A stretch of DNA of 63,009 nt, filler included, from Reclinomonas americana ATCC 50394 (Eukaryota): assembly GCA_048213135.1 (NCBI GenBank). It is 7 parts of 7 records of this genome, joined end to end, with 100 filler letters (N's around TTAATTAATTAA, not from the genome) between each part and the next. Parts side by side here need not be neighbours in the genome. Positions count along the whole stretch, not along the records: positions 16,992 to 27,771 come from AFZH01017008.1; positions 27,872 to 39,990 come from AFZH01017009.1; 5 more parts are not named here. One strand, 5' to 3'. The translations under genes were made by a program, and so were the position numbers. Below, piece by piece: positions 20,801 through 32,214 of this stretch (within the stretch, counting starts at the first letter, position 1; every line of letters starts with the position of its first letter). The notes under the pieces were generated by a model. That model saw only the letters and a list, made by a program, of their open reading frames with translations. It searched no databases and had not been told where the DNA came from.

Positions 20801-23282
20801 AACATACCTACACTGAGACACCACACAATCGTAACCTCCGTCGGGCATCGAAGGCGCCTGCTCCCGCAGAGCACGCGTCACGGTGAGTAGTCTGCGTGCC
20901 ACAGCCACACACAGCAGGCGAGTGAACGGTGTCATGTTGAGCATGCGGAAACTGTAGATCATCCCTGTTTCCGCATCGAGGCCACCGCCATCAAAGCCGA
21001 GGGACTCAAACAGCTCGAGAACACCTGGTATTGGTGACATCAGAAATAGGTCTTCTCTCGATCTTGTTTGACTTGCAGTGTCACGAACCATCCCCGAGCA
21101 TGTGCTGCAGCTCTTCCAACTCTGGCAGCATCACCGCGTGACGCCGGCGACTGGCATCCCTGCAACTGACTTCGTCCAGCAACGTTTGCAATGTCTGCAA
21201 GGCGACGAGCATGCCAACAACCACGACGCCAGCTTGAGGTGCCACCAGTACTTGGTTCGTCGCGGCCATCGCACGCTCCATTTGCCTGCCAAATCTACGG
21301 TGCCGATTGCACACCTCGGTCACCACAGTGAACACGTCCGTGTCGCTCATCTCGTGCAACGGCATCGCCTCTTCGTCGAAGGCGTCATTGACGGCACCGA
21401 TGGTCGGACGACCCAGCACAAAGTCTCGCACACGATTGCACCGCCGAATGCCATTGACCATGGCCTGCGCGTACTCATTATACAGCCGCAATTCTGCCAG
21501 CCACAACGATTAGTCGACACAAACACACTTGCACAGGCCCAGCACAGAGTCGCAACCTTCGCCGGACATCGAAGGCACCTGCTCCCGCAGAGCACGCGTC
21601 ACGGTGAGTAGTCTGCGTGCCACAGCCACGCACAGCAGGCGAGTGAACGGCGTCATGTAGTGCACGCGGAAACTGTAGATCACGCCCGTCTCCGCATCGA
21701 GGCCACCAAAGTCAAAGCCGAGGGTCTCGAACAGCTCGCGAACACCTGTTGGTCGCATTATGAGAAGGGATCTCTGTGTGTACGTGTGTGATGGCACGTA
21801 CCATCCCCAAGAATGTGGTGCAGTTCATCGAACTCTGACAGCGTCACCGCGTGACGTCGGCGACCGGCATCCCTGCAACTGACATCGTCCAGCATCGCTT
21901 GCAATGTCTGCAAGGCGCCGAGCTCGCCGACAGCCACAACGCCAGGTTGAGGCGCCACCAGCATACGCAGCTCGTTCGTCGCGGCCATGGCGCGCTCCAT
22001 CTGCCTGCTGAATCCACGGCACCGATTGCACACCTCGGTCACCACAGTGAACACGTCCGTGTCACTCATCTCGTGCAACGGCATGGCTTCCTCGTTGAAG
22101 GCGTCATTGACGTTACCAATGGCCAGACGACCCAGCACAAAGTCTCGCACTCGGTTGCACCGCCGAATGCCATTGACAATGGCCTGCGCACGCGTGCACA
22201 CCCACACATGGAACGACCGTGTGAGCAGTGAGACCACCGAAACGAACGTGCCACGATGAAGCAAACGCACAAGTTCGTCTGCATTGCGGCGCACGAGGTC
22301 GGCGACTACCTCGCGCTGCATACCACGTCGCACCTGACAACAGCACCGCCAGTCAGCAAGCATAAAGAGCCACTGTTAGCACTGCGATCTTTCGCAACAC
22401 GCTGCAGCTCCAGTCGTCGCGCTTCACGGCGCTCTTGCATCTCTTCGCGCGTCAGACGCTGCCCAGCATCGCGACCACCAAGGCGACGACCGCCTTGCAC
22501 TGCCGTGAGATGATGACGACGAGCCTGGGCAGAGGCTCGAATGGAGTTCTCCAGACGCTGTCGCATTTCCGCGTCGGGCACTTGATAATCGGAAAAGATC
22601 TGATTGCTGCACGCATTGTTGTCAGCGCGAATGCGCACAGCAGACAATTGTACTGCCCCACACGCAACTATTCAGCCTCCGAGACCGACGCGCCGATGCT
22701 ATTGAGTTCTCCCCCGTTCACCGCCATGTCCACCGTGTCCACTGCCAAGCGCACGATTAGAGACGAGAAGAAATACTCTTGAGAACCACCCAACATGGAC
22801 GCAGCGCACCATAGTTGCCACTGCGCATGCGTTCGACGTAATGACCGCAGCGCTGGCAAAAGCCGAGCTCGATCGATGGTCCACTGCGTGCAAAGTTCTC
22901 CGCATGCAGCACACGAAAGAGACGAATGTTGTTGCACGGACGAATGTCGGCGAGATTGTGTGGCCGGCACGGCTCGTTGCTCTGCAAGCATGCAAGCATG
23001 TAAGAATGCAAAGAGGTGTGATGATCTGAGCAACGAATGCACACACCAAGAACTGCACACCAGCTGCGTGACCCTCCACAGGGCATGTCACAACGACCAG
23101 ACGATCTGCGCGAGAGATCCGTTTGTGGATGCGGATGCGAAGGCGGCATACAACATCGGATCACACTCACCATCAGTGCGCACAATGTGCGTGACGTGCT
23201 CAACAACGTGTCGCTTCTTCTTCCGGCGCCAGCCAAAGAACTCTGCGACCTTTTGCGCGGCCCGCTCAATACCCTTTGCCAT
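17873..23282 (-). CDS. Large multi-exon orphan protein with Cys/His clusters and an internally duplicated ~180-aa module
   Basis: 5' exons join in frame from MAKGIERAAQKVAEFFGWRRKKKR through CPVEGH, CAACGELC and the duplicated module; downstream ORF segments carry HQCADCG, CPACPRRDGLC, CRYCG and end ...DPEPDFGDYEFDD*; could be two genes. Confidence 0.6.
20755..22190. repeat. Direct tandem duplication of ~720 bp (exons plus introns) inside the orphan gene
   Basis: 21478-22186 aligns to 20755-21467 (offset ~719); shared intron positions and translated NGIRRCNRVRDFVLG, PLHEMSDTDVFTVVTEVCNR, GGLDAETG.IYSFR. Confidence 0.92.
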
Positions 23283-23424
23283 GGCGTCTCACACAGCGAA
23301 AACAAAAAGCATACGACAGGACGCGAATGCTGTCAACGAAATCCGAAGCATCATTCCCGGCACAGGCTCATTGAAGTCTGGCAAATAAAGTGATTAACTG
23401 CCACCTCTATCTCTATTCCATCTT

Positions 23425-24951
23425 TCAAGCCTGGTGATTGCTCATCAACGTGACCACCGGCTTGATCGGGTACACGGGATAGTCGCCGTGCTCGGTGATG
23501 TAGTCGAGAATCTGATCGTGGAAGTACTGCATGGCCACCGCCGGCAACCTCATGTTGGCCAAGATCGGCAGCAGGTAAATCCAGCGCTCCACCGCCGCCT
23601 GCTCGTAGCGCTGCCAGCACTGCGCAAAGGGGAATTCGGCCGCCGGCACGCCGAGCTCGACCAGTCGCTCCCAGTACTTGCGTACGAGCGCCTGATCGTG
23701 GCCCTTCCACACGGCCTTGCGCACGTCGGAGATCACCGTCTGGCCGAGATCGGCCATCGGCTCCCACACGCCGACCTCGGACCAGTCGACCAGGTACAGT
23801 CGGCTCTGCCAGTCGTCGGGGTCGTCGTTGCTGTCGCGGCGGTTGGTGCGCCACAGCGAGTTGGAGGCGTGGAAGTCGCCGTGGGTGAGGGTGAAGGGCT
23901 GCGAGCGCAAGTGCTGTTGCAGCTGCTCCCAGGAGGCGTTGGCAAACGAGGCGTCGACGACGCGGACCAGCTTCTCCGACCACTTGACACCGTCATGCGG
24001 CATGTTGGCCTTGACGGTCGTCCACAGATTGAGGCTGTACTCGACGGCCAGCTCCCAGGTGGCACGACTCTCGCCGCGGTACCACACCGCGCTCTTGATC
24101 CACGACTTCTTGTGCACCAGCGACGGATCGTTCCAGTACTTGGCATGCAACGCGGCGCAGTACATGAACATATCCTCGAGCATGCGCAGCTGCTCTCGCG
24201 GGTGCTCCAGCGGCCGCGGAATGCCCCAGATCTGATTGCCAAAGTAAAAGTTGGTGCCGACCGACGTGCCCGACAGGTCCTCCATGAGCACCATCATGTC
24301 GCCGGAGAAGGCTGAGCTGTCGGCGTACAACACACGCGGCACGCCAAGCACCTGCCGTCCGTACGTGTTGTAAAAGCGCGCCTCGCGGAAGTGCTGCATG
24401 GTGATGCCGCCGAGGCGGTTGGCCAGCGTCGAGCTCTGCGTCATCTTCAGCACCAGCGTCGCCGGCAACTGCTGGTCACCATCGCCGTTGCCCGAGTACG
24501 TCAGTGTCACGCGACGCATGAGACCGGTGAGTCCACGATTGCCATCCAACGGCGTCAGCTTGGCCTCGACCACGCTCACATGCGGCGGGATCCACTGCCG
24601 CTCGTGCATGGCGTGCGTCAGCCACTCGGCCGACACACTCACCGCCGAGGGAGCTAAATCGAGCACCGGATGTGGCGGCAATGGCGGCTGCTTCTTCCCG
24701 CGCAGCCACAGGCGCAGACGATGCACGGGGGAGGCGCATCGAGTGGCCCACACTTGCGCCACAATGGCGTGCATCTCCAGCAGCTTGCGCGTGTACATCA
24801 TGTCGAAGCGCACCGACAGGCGACGCATGAGTGCCGCGGCCGCCCACATGCCTGCAATGAGCGGAAGAGTGAGAGAGGGGGAAGGGCAAGGGTGCATGTG
24901 CATGCATACGCAACTGACAGCAAGAGAGACGAGGAAGAGAAGGAACGCCAT
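23425..24951 (-). CDS. Ecdysteroid-kinase-like / APH-choline-kinase-fold phosphotransferase
   Basis: LVLK, REARFY, VLMEDLS, TLTHGDFHASN (Brenner motif), LVDWSEV, ADLG; one ~1.4 kb exon, at most one short 5' intron. Confidence 0.88.
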   Translation of the reverse strand: MAFLLFLVSLAVSCVCMHMHPCPSPSLTLPLIAGMWAAAALMRRLSVRFDMMYTRKLLEMHAIVAQVWATRCASPVHRLRLWLRGKKQPPLPPHPVLDLAPSAVSVSAEWLTHAMHERQWIPPHVSVVEAKLTPLDGNRGLTGLMRRVTLTYSGNGDGDQQLPATLVLKMTQSSTLANRLGGITMQHFREARFYNTYGRQVLGVPRVLYADSSAFSGDMMVLMEDLSGTSVGTNFYFGNQIWGIPRPLEHPREQLRMLEDMFMYCAALHAKYWNDPSLVHKKSWIKSAVWYRGESRATWELAVEYSLNLWTTVKANMPHDGVKWSEKLVRVVDASFANASWEQLQQHLRSQPFTLTHGDFHASNSLWRTNRRDSNDDPDDWQSRLYLVDWSEVGVWEPMADLGQTVISDVRKAVWKGHDQALVRKYWERLVELGVPAAEFPFAQCWQRYEQAAVERWIYLLPILANMRLPAVAMQYFHDQILDYITEHGDYPVYPIKPVVTLMSNHQA

Positions 24952-25014
24952 TGGCTCGGATTATGACAAACGCGACAATGAATGAGTGACAATCTTGCTC
25001 TCCTTCCTTCCGAC

Positions 25015-26457
25015 ATGTCTCTTCGTGTGGTGGTCACTGGTGCCTCTCGCGGACTTGGTGCGTGCGCGTCCCTGCTCGCTCTGTCTCGCTTGCTCTGCTG
25101 ACTGTGCACACACAACAGGTCTGGCCTTTGCCGATGTGTTGTCCGCTCGCGGTCATCGCGTGTTTGCACTGTGTCGCAACCCCGCGCGCGCAGAGGAGCT
25201 CAGCAAGTTGGCCGAGGAGCGTGCTGGTGTGCTGACAGTGCTGCAGGCGGATGTGATTGATGAGGCCTCGTTGAAGGTATGTGGCAAGTGCGTAAAGAAA
25301 GAAGCTGTTTTCTCAGACTCTCGCGCGTGCAGCACGCGGCGGAGCAAGTGGGCGAGCACGTGGATGCCATTGATGTGCTGCTCAACAATGCTGGTTTGTG
25401 TCCGTGCGATGAGTGTGTGTGATCGGATCGCTCGGACATGTCATCGGAGTTGCGCAGGTATTCTTTTGTCGCGCACTGATCTGCTGGCCACGTTTGACGA
25501 GGGCGCCATGATGGAGGAGTACCGCGTGAATGCCATTGGGCCGCTGGTTTTGTGTGACCTTTGTTGCTTGTTTATTCCGAGAAAGGTGTATTGATTTTGT
25601 GAGTGCATTGTAATAGCTGGCCGCTCGTTCCTTCCGGCCGCTCCTCGCGCGCAGCAACAGCGTGCACAAGTCTGTGGTGTCCGTCTCCAGTGCCATGGGA
25701 AGCATTGGCGAGACGTCGTCGGCGGGAGTTTCGGCGATTTCTTGAATTTCATCCTACTTCGACTCGTCGTAACTGTGCTGCTCTCGCAGGTGTACGGCTA
25801 CCGCATGTCCAAGGCGGCGTTGAACATGGGTGCGTCTATGACCTTGACGCCACCTCCTTCGATTCTTCGCTCACCCCAAACGCAGCGAACAAGGTGATGA
25901 GTGTGGAGTTGCGCGACGACAGTATCACGTGCGTGGTTTTCCACCCGGGCTGGGTTGATGTTGCGTGCGCTGTGGAGTGCATGCACGATGGGGCAAGTGC
26001 GGTCTCTCATAACTCTCACTCTCTCTCTGTCTTCCTCCCCTCCTCTCTCCTCCCTCCTCTCTCTCTCTGACTTCTCTCTCTCTATTACTCTCTCTCTGCT
26101 TCCTTTCTCTCTCTCCCTCCCGCGCTCCTCTCTCTCCCTCCCCTCCTCCTCCCCCACCTCTCTCTCTCTCTCTCTCCCCTTCTCTCTTTCTCTCTCCTCC
26201 CTCCCTCTCTCCCTCACTCTCTCTTCCCGTCCCGCCGCAGACCGACATGGGCTCCTCTGGCGGCCGCAAGGCACCACTGGCCGCGGAGCAAGTCATTCCG
26301 CAGATGGTGGACCACATTGAGAAGTTCACCACCGAGAATTCGGGGTTTGTCACACGTCCATCAGCCTTGCCGCCATCACCACGCACACTTCTTACCACGT
26401 TTTTGCGTGAAACACAGCAAATTTTACCGGTACGACGGCACCGAGATCCCCTTCTGA
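25015..26457 (+). CDS. Classical SDR, C-factor (CsgA)/Sniffer-like
   Basis: Exons give MSLRVVVTGASRGLG, LQADV, DVLLNNAG, YRVNAIGP, SVSSAMGSI, YRMSKAALNM, FHPGWVD|TDMG, FYRYDGTEIPF*. Confidence 0.92.
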
Positions 26458-26568
26458 CGTGCTCGACACCGCACTCACTTGAGTAACACGACATTGCATG
26501 TTGCTGTTTTTTCATTGGATTGCAAATTGGGATTGAGCATTCTTTTTCCTTCCTCTACGCCATCGTCA

Positions 26569-27357
26569 TCACATGTTGGCGCTGCCGGGCACCGAGTCTT
26601 TTCTCTGCAGCAAATCATTGTCGACATCGCAGTTAGCGTAGTCGTTGCCGCCGCCATCGCCGCCATCGCCGTCCACAATCGGCAGCTCATTCGCCACCAG
26701 TGCCGCCTGCTTCTGCGCCAACATGGGCGACGACGGCAACAGCGAGCTGCGTCGCCGATGATGATGCGGGTGGCTGCCGGAGCTGGCCTGCGACGTTCGC
26801 CGCACATGCATCCGCGTCGGCGACAACAGCACACTGCTCGTCGCCACTCCACCAGACGGCGACCCGAGCGCACTCAGCGACGTTCTCCGCGCCTCCGCCG
26901 TCAGCTTCTGCATCACCGGCATTGCTCCTCCCGAAGCCGCCTGCGCCGGACCCTCCGACGATTCCGTCCAACTACCAAACCGCGGATGCGCAAACACACC
27001 CGTGGTGGGGCTGCGCATGAACGGATTGGTGGGCGTGCGTGGTTGCTGCTGCGTCGGAGGCGGGATCCAGTCATTGTCCTCGTCCGCGTGAACCGCCACT
27101 GGCTCCACCACCATCGACGCTCTCCGTCGGTGACTCACCACCGAGCCTCTCCGTCCTGTTGCCGCACTGCTGCCGGCCACTGGCGACAGCGCAAACGCAC
27201 CGCCGCTGTTGTTGTTGTTGTCCGCACACGCCACAGCATCGACCTCCGTGGTCGTGTACTCCACCAGCACAAGCGAGGCGCGTCGTCGAGCCACCGCGGC
27301 GTGAATGTACTGATCCGTGCGCTGTCGCAACGAGGACGACGACTGCACACAACCCAT
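26569..27357 (-). CDS. Intronless disordered protein with predicted N-myristoylation/palmitoylation and many RRxS motifs
   Basis: 262-aa ORF beginning MGCVQSSS; RRAS x2, RRGS, RRTS x2, RRSS, RKDS. Confidence 0.7.
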   Translation of the reverse strand: MGCVQSSSSLRQRTDQYIHAAVARRRASLVLVEYTTTEVDAVACADNNNNSGGAFALSPVAGSSAATGRRGSVVSHRRRASMVVEPVAVHADEDNDWIPPPTQQQPRTPTNPFMRSPTTGVFAHPRFGSWTESSEGPAQAASGGAMPVMQKLTAEARRTSLSALGSPSGGVATSSVLLSPTRMHVRRTSQASSGSHPHHHRRRSSLLPSSPMLAQKQAALVANELPIVDGDGGDGGGNDYANCDVDNDLLQRKDSVPGSANM

Positions 27358-27449
27358 CTCCTCTCGCGTAATGAGTCAATTGTCGAGCAATTTCGGGACG
27401 AATAGGATCATGCGAAAAACCGTATTTTTCGTTTTCTCGTTTTTTGTGG

Positions 27450-29806
27450 ATGGCGGTGTCACCAGCAGGCGGTGCCTCGGTGCGCGGCCTGGTGCTGACA
27501 TCTCCGCAACAGCAGTTGTCGCCGCTGGCGGTGTTTAGCAATGTGACGGCGCCGGTATTAGCGTCGCCCGAGTCACCGATGTCGCCCACTGTGCATCATC
27601 GGGCAATGGTGCGGAGAACACAAAGGACACACTGGCACGCAGAAGCACACATATGTACACAGACACAAGAAGAAGAAGAAGAATAAGCAGAAGGAGGAGA
27701 AGAAGAGAGAAAGGAGAGAGAGCGTGTTGTTCTTCTGCTCCTCCTCCTCCTCCTCCTCCCCTCCTCCTCCTNNNNNNNNNNNNNNNNNNNNNNNNNNNNN
27801 NNNNNNNNNNNNNNNTTAATTAATTAANNNNNNNNNNNNNNNNNNNNNNNNNNNNNNNNNNNNNNNNNNNNTCCTCCTCCTCCTCCTCCTCCTCCTTGTA
27901 CTGCACTTGCTGCACTTCGTCTTCCTCTTCTTCTTGCTTTTCTGCTTCTGCTTGTCGTTGTTGTTGTTGCTGTTCTCCTCCTCCTTCTTCTTCCACTTCT
28001 TCTTTTCCTTGTCGTCCTCCTACACCTCGTTGTTTTGCATCTCCTCGTCTTCGTCGAAACCTTCATTCTGCTTGTTCTTCTTCTTGCTTCTTTGAAAGTG
28101 TTGTTGTTTTCCTCTTCTCTTTATACTTGAGACGGGATCGCTGCTGCTGCTGCTGCAGTTGTTGCTGTCCTCCTCCTCCTCCTCCTCCTCCTTGTTCTCC
28201 GCTTCCTCCTTCTCATCTTCTTTCCCTTCTTCCTCTTGTGCTCCTGCTTCTTTTAGGGGATTGCTGCTGCTGCTGTTGTTGTTGCTCTTGTTCTCCTCGT
28301 CGTAGTCCTCCTCCTTCCTTTTCATCTCCTCCTCCTCCCCCCTCTCCTTCTCCTCCTTGTTCTGCACTTTCTCCTCTTCCTGCCCCTCTTCTTCTTTTCC
28401 CTCCTCCAGTTCTTCTTGTCGTTCTTTCTTCTTGCCTCCTCCCATCCTCCCCCTCACTTCTCCTTCCCCTCCTCCTCGCAGATCAGACCCATCAACAGCG
28501 GCCGCCGTGACTCGCCTCCCGCACTAGTGGAGATGGGCGGTGGCGGCGAGGTGAAGCTCGACGAAAGCGCACTCTTCTCGCCACTGACAAACCGGCCACC
28601 ACCGCGACGGTCCTCGCGCGGTCGGCGACGACGTGAGCGACCGGAGGGCATTGAGGCCGGCGCGGCGAACGGTGGTGGTGGGGAACCGGATACGCCAGTG
28701 ATTGCGGCGGCCATGACCCCGCAGAACGTGTATCGCACGGCGGATGGTCGTGTGCTCCGCATCCTGCGGCAGGAGAGTGTGGCGGAGAAGCCGGCGTTTG
28801 AGTCGTGGCGTTTGGTGCTGCCCCGTATGCCTCTCTGGGCGGCTCTACCAGCGTTTGCACTGGTGAGTGGTCCGCAATTGAAGGGGGAAAGGGGAGGTTT
28901 TGGGAGACTGATTGTGATTGCAGAATGTCGTGCCTGGTTCGCTTGGAACTCTGTGGGGCGCGCTGGTTGGAGTTGCGTGCAAAAAAAGAAGGAAAGGTCC
29001 ACACGTCGTGAGTGCTCACCCTCTCTTTTCTATGATGCAGGGCTCGCTCGAGTGGATCCTGCCGTCCTCGAAAGCTCACCATCGTGACTTTACCAGCGGC
29101 TGTGCGATCTTCTGGCTGAACCTGCTCATCTGGGTGCTGCAGGTGTTGCTTACGTTTTTCATTGTCGGCTGGAGTTGCGTGGATGCCGGAGGACCTCTGT
29201 CTTTCTCTTTGGTGCTCTGTTTCTTTCTCCGTCACTCTCTCTCCACCTGAGGACCCGTATCTTTCTCTCTGTAACTCCTTCCTCCTCTCCTCCTTCCCCC
29301 CCCTCTCTCTCTATCTATCTTACGTGGATGCTGGAGAACCTCTGTCGTTCTCTTTGTCGCTCTATTCTTTCTCTGTCTCTATCCCTCTTGCGTGGATGCC
29401 GGAGAACCTGTCTTTCTCTTGAAATCTCTGATCTGCAGCTTTCTCCTTCACTCTCCCCTTCTCTCTCATTCACTTCCCCTCTCTTCCTTCCTTCAGCTCT
29501 CTCTCTCTCTCTCTTTCATTCTCTCTCCCTCGCTCACTTACAGTCCTGTATCCTCTCTCTTTCTTTAGATCTCTCTCTCGCTCACTCGCACTCTCTCTTA
29601 ATCCATCCCACCCTTCCTTCCCCCTCCCCCTCCCCCTTCCCCCTCCCGTGCTCACTCTGTTCTCTAACACAGTTTGGGGCATCATCTGGGGCTCGCTGAT
29701 GCTGGGCTCCTCGATTGATCTGCGAAAGCAAGAACAGGCGGCCGCATCTACGGATAACCACGCAGATGAGGCGCAGACAGCGGGCGACGCTGCTGCACGA
29801 GTGTGA
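27450..29806 (+). CDS. SPEC3/Stum-family membrane protein
   Basis: LPRMPLWAALPAFAL|NVVPGSLGTLWGA...LQVLLTFFIVGW|IWGIIWG matches the Stum pattern (N..PG.GT ... Q......VGW.W.I.WG); first exon lies before a gap. Confidence 0.75.
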
Positions 29807-29914
29807 TGTGAAATGAAAGAAGAACACAAAATGCGTTTCCGTAATCATCAATCCACCTATTCATTCGATGGAGCGACGTTATAGCATTTCGTCAGTGAAA
29901 CCGCACTCGAGAAC

Positions 29915-32150
29915 ATGCTTGTGTTGTATGAGACGCCTGCGGGCTTTGCGCTCTTCAAGGTGCTGGATTCAGCACGCCTGGACCCGGCCTCACTCGCCAG
30001 CAGCATGAGCACGCTGGCCGGAGCACAGAAAGTGTTGCGTTTGACACTTGATAGAGTGGCACGCGCTATGCGCACACGCACACAGCTGCACACCACTGCA
30101 CAGCGATCTCTCTCCTTATTGCGTGTCACGTGTGCACGTGTGCGTGTGTTTTCGGGGGACGGTCGTCCATGTCAGTCATGCACATGCACATCAACACTTG
30201 CTGACTCGCCCCATCTTCTTCTCTTTCTCTTTTTTACCATCCACAGTGTCAAGCTGAAGGCCTTCCACAAGTTTGAGAACACCACAGAGGCGCTGTCGGC
30301 GACCACTGCGCTGCTGGAGAGCAAGATGTCCAAGGGCCTCAAGAAGTTCTTGCAAAAGAAGCTCGTCAGCAAGGTCAGTAGTAATCATGCCTTGCTTGCA
30401 CCCTCACTGTGCATCGATGCTCAACGCCCTCTCTCTCTCTCTCTTTCCTATCTGCGCACAGGAGAGCGCCGAGGAGCTCGGAGTGTTGGACTCGAAGCTG
30501 GGCGGTGTGATCAAGGAGAAGCTGGGCATTCCGTGCATCTACGACTCGAGTGTGATGGAGCTGTTCCGCGGCATTCGCACGCACTTGTCCGACCTGGTGA
30601 CTGGTGTGTCGACCAACGATCTGCAGGCCATGGTGCTGGGTCTGTCGCACTCGCTGTCACGATACAAGCTCAAGTTCAGTCCCGACAAGATCGACACGAT
30701 GGTCATTCAGGCCATTGCGCTGCTCGACGATCTCGACAAGGAGCTCAACACCTACGCCATGCGTCTCAAGGAGTGGTACGGCTGGCACTTCCCCGAGCTG
30801 GCAAAGATCGTCGTCGACAACATCATGTACGCACGCACCGTGCTGAAGCTTGGTGCGTGCCGTGGAGAAAGAGAGAACAAGAGAGAGGATTTGCAATCGC
30901 TGACTCTTTTTTTCGTGGTGCATTGCAGGTGTGCGCAAGAATGCACAGGGCATGGACATGTCGGACACGTTGCCAGAGGATCTCGAGCGCCAGGTCAAGG
31001 ACGCGGCGATTATCTCGATGGGCACGGAGATTTCGGAGGACGATGTCACCAGCATTCACACGCTGTGCCGCGAGGTGCTGGACATGTCGGACTACCGCGG
31101 TCAGCTGTACGAGTACCTGAAGAACCGCATGGAGGCCATTGCGCCCAACCTCACCATGATGGTCGGCGAGCTGGTCGGCGCCCGCCTCATTTCACATGCT
31201 GGTTAGTGTGTTCTTGTTCTATCTTATCATCTGTGCCGTCCTCTTCCCCACTCATGATGATTCACTCAGGCTCGCTCATGAACCTGGCCAAGCACCCCGC
31301 CTCGACGGTGCAGATTATTGGTGCCGAGAAGGCGCTGTTCCGCGCCCTCAAGACGAAGCACGAGACGCCCAAGTACGGTCTGATTTACCACGCCTCGCTG
31401 GTCGGCAAGGCTGCGCCGAAGAACAAGGGCAAGATCTCGCGTGTTTTGGCCGCCAAGACCGCGCTCGGTGTGCGTGTCGACGCCCTCGGCGACAAGGACA
31501 TGCCCACGATTGGCATTGAGAACCGACAAAAGGTGGAGGCACGCTTGCGACAACTCGAAGGACGACAGGTTACCGCCATTAGCGGCACTGGTCGCGCACA
31601 CACCCCACAAAAGAAGTACGACGCGGCACGCGGCAATGGCGTGACGGCTCGGTGAGTGACTTGGGGGAAGCGGCGAATTGTCTGGCTCTGTTGCTAACTC
31701 TGCTCTCTCTTGCCACACGCAGTGAGTCGCAGGCGTACAACCCCGCGTCCGATGTGGTGATGTCGTCGGTGGCCGACGAGACCGCCACCACCGCCACCAC
31801 ACCAACCTCGTCCAAGAAGGAGAAGAAGGAGAAGAAGAAGAGCAAGGAGGTGGAGGAGGAGGCGGAGGAGGCACCGGCAACTAGTGCGTCTAGTTTTCTT
31901 GTTGCTTCTTCTTATTCACCTTGCTCACTCGCTCCACGCAGGCGAGAAGAAGAAGAAGTCGAAGAAGCGTTCTCGCGAGGCCGATGAGGAGGAGGAGAAG
32001 GCGGCGGCGGCGGAGCCGGAGGAGGGTGAGCCGGAGAAGAAGAAGAAGAAGAAGAAGAGCAAGAGCGGTGATGACGCACCCGCCGAGGCCGCCAGCGATG
32101 GTGAAGAAAAGAAGAAGAAGAAGAAGAAGGACAAGAAGGGCAAGCAGTAG
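29915..32150 (+). CDS. NOP58: Nucleolar protein 58 (box C/D snoRNP)
   Basis: MLVLYETPAGFALFK, SHSLSRYKLKFSPDKIDTMVIQAI, EWYGWHFPEL, IAPNLT..VGELVGARLI, LAKHPASTVQIIGAEKALFRALKTKHETPKYGLIYHA, KKE-rich tail. Confidence 0.96.
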
Positions 32151-32214
32151 ACGAGAGTTTTTGCTGTCGACTCGCTGCCTACCCTGTTGTGTGAAATGAT
32201 CGAAACAATTAGGT

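Noticed and set aside
22795..23393. Plus-strand Cys-rich ORFs
   Set aside because: Shadow of the minus-strand 5' exons of the orphan gene, which join in frame with canonical splice sites
30033..30246. Intronic snoRNA in NOP58 introns
   Set aside because: No convincing paired C (RUGAUGA) and D (CUGA) boxes with a terminal stem
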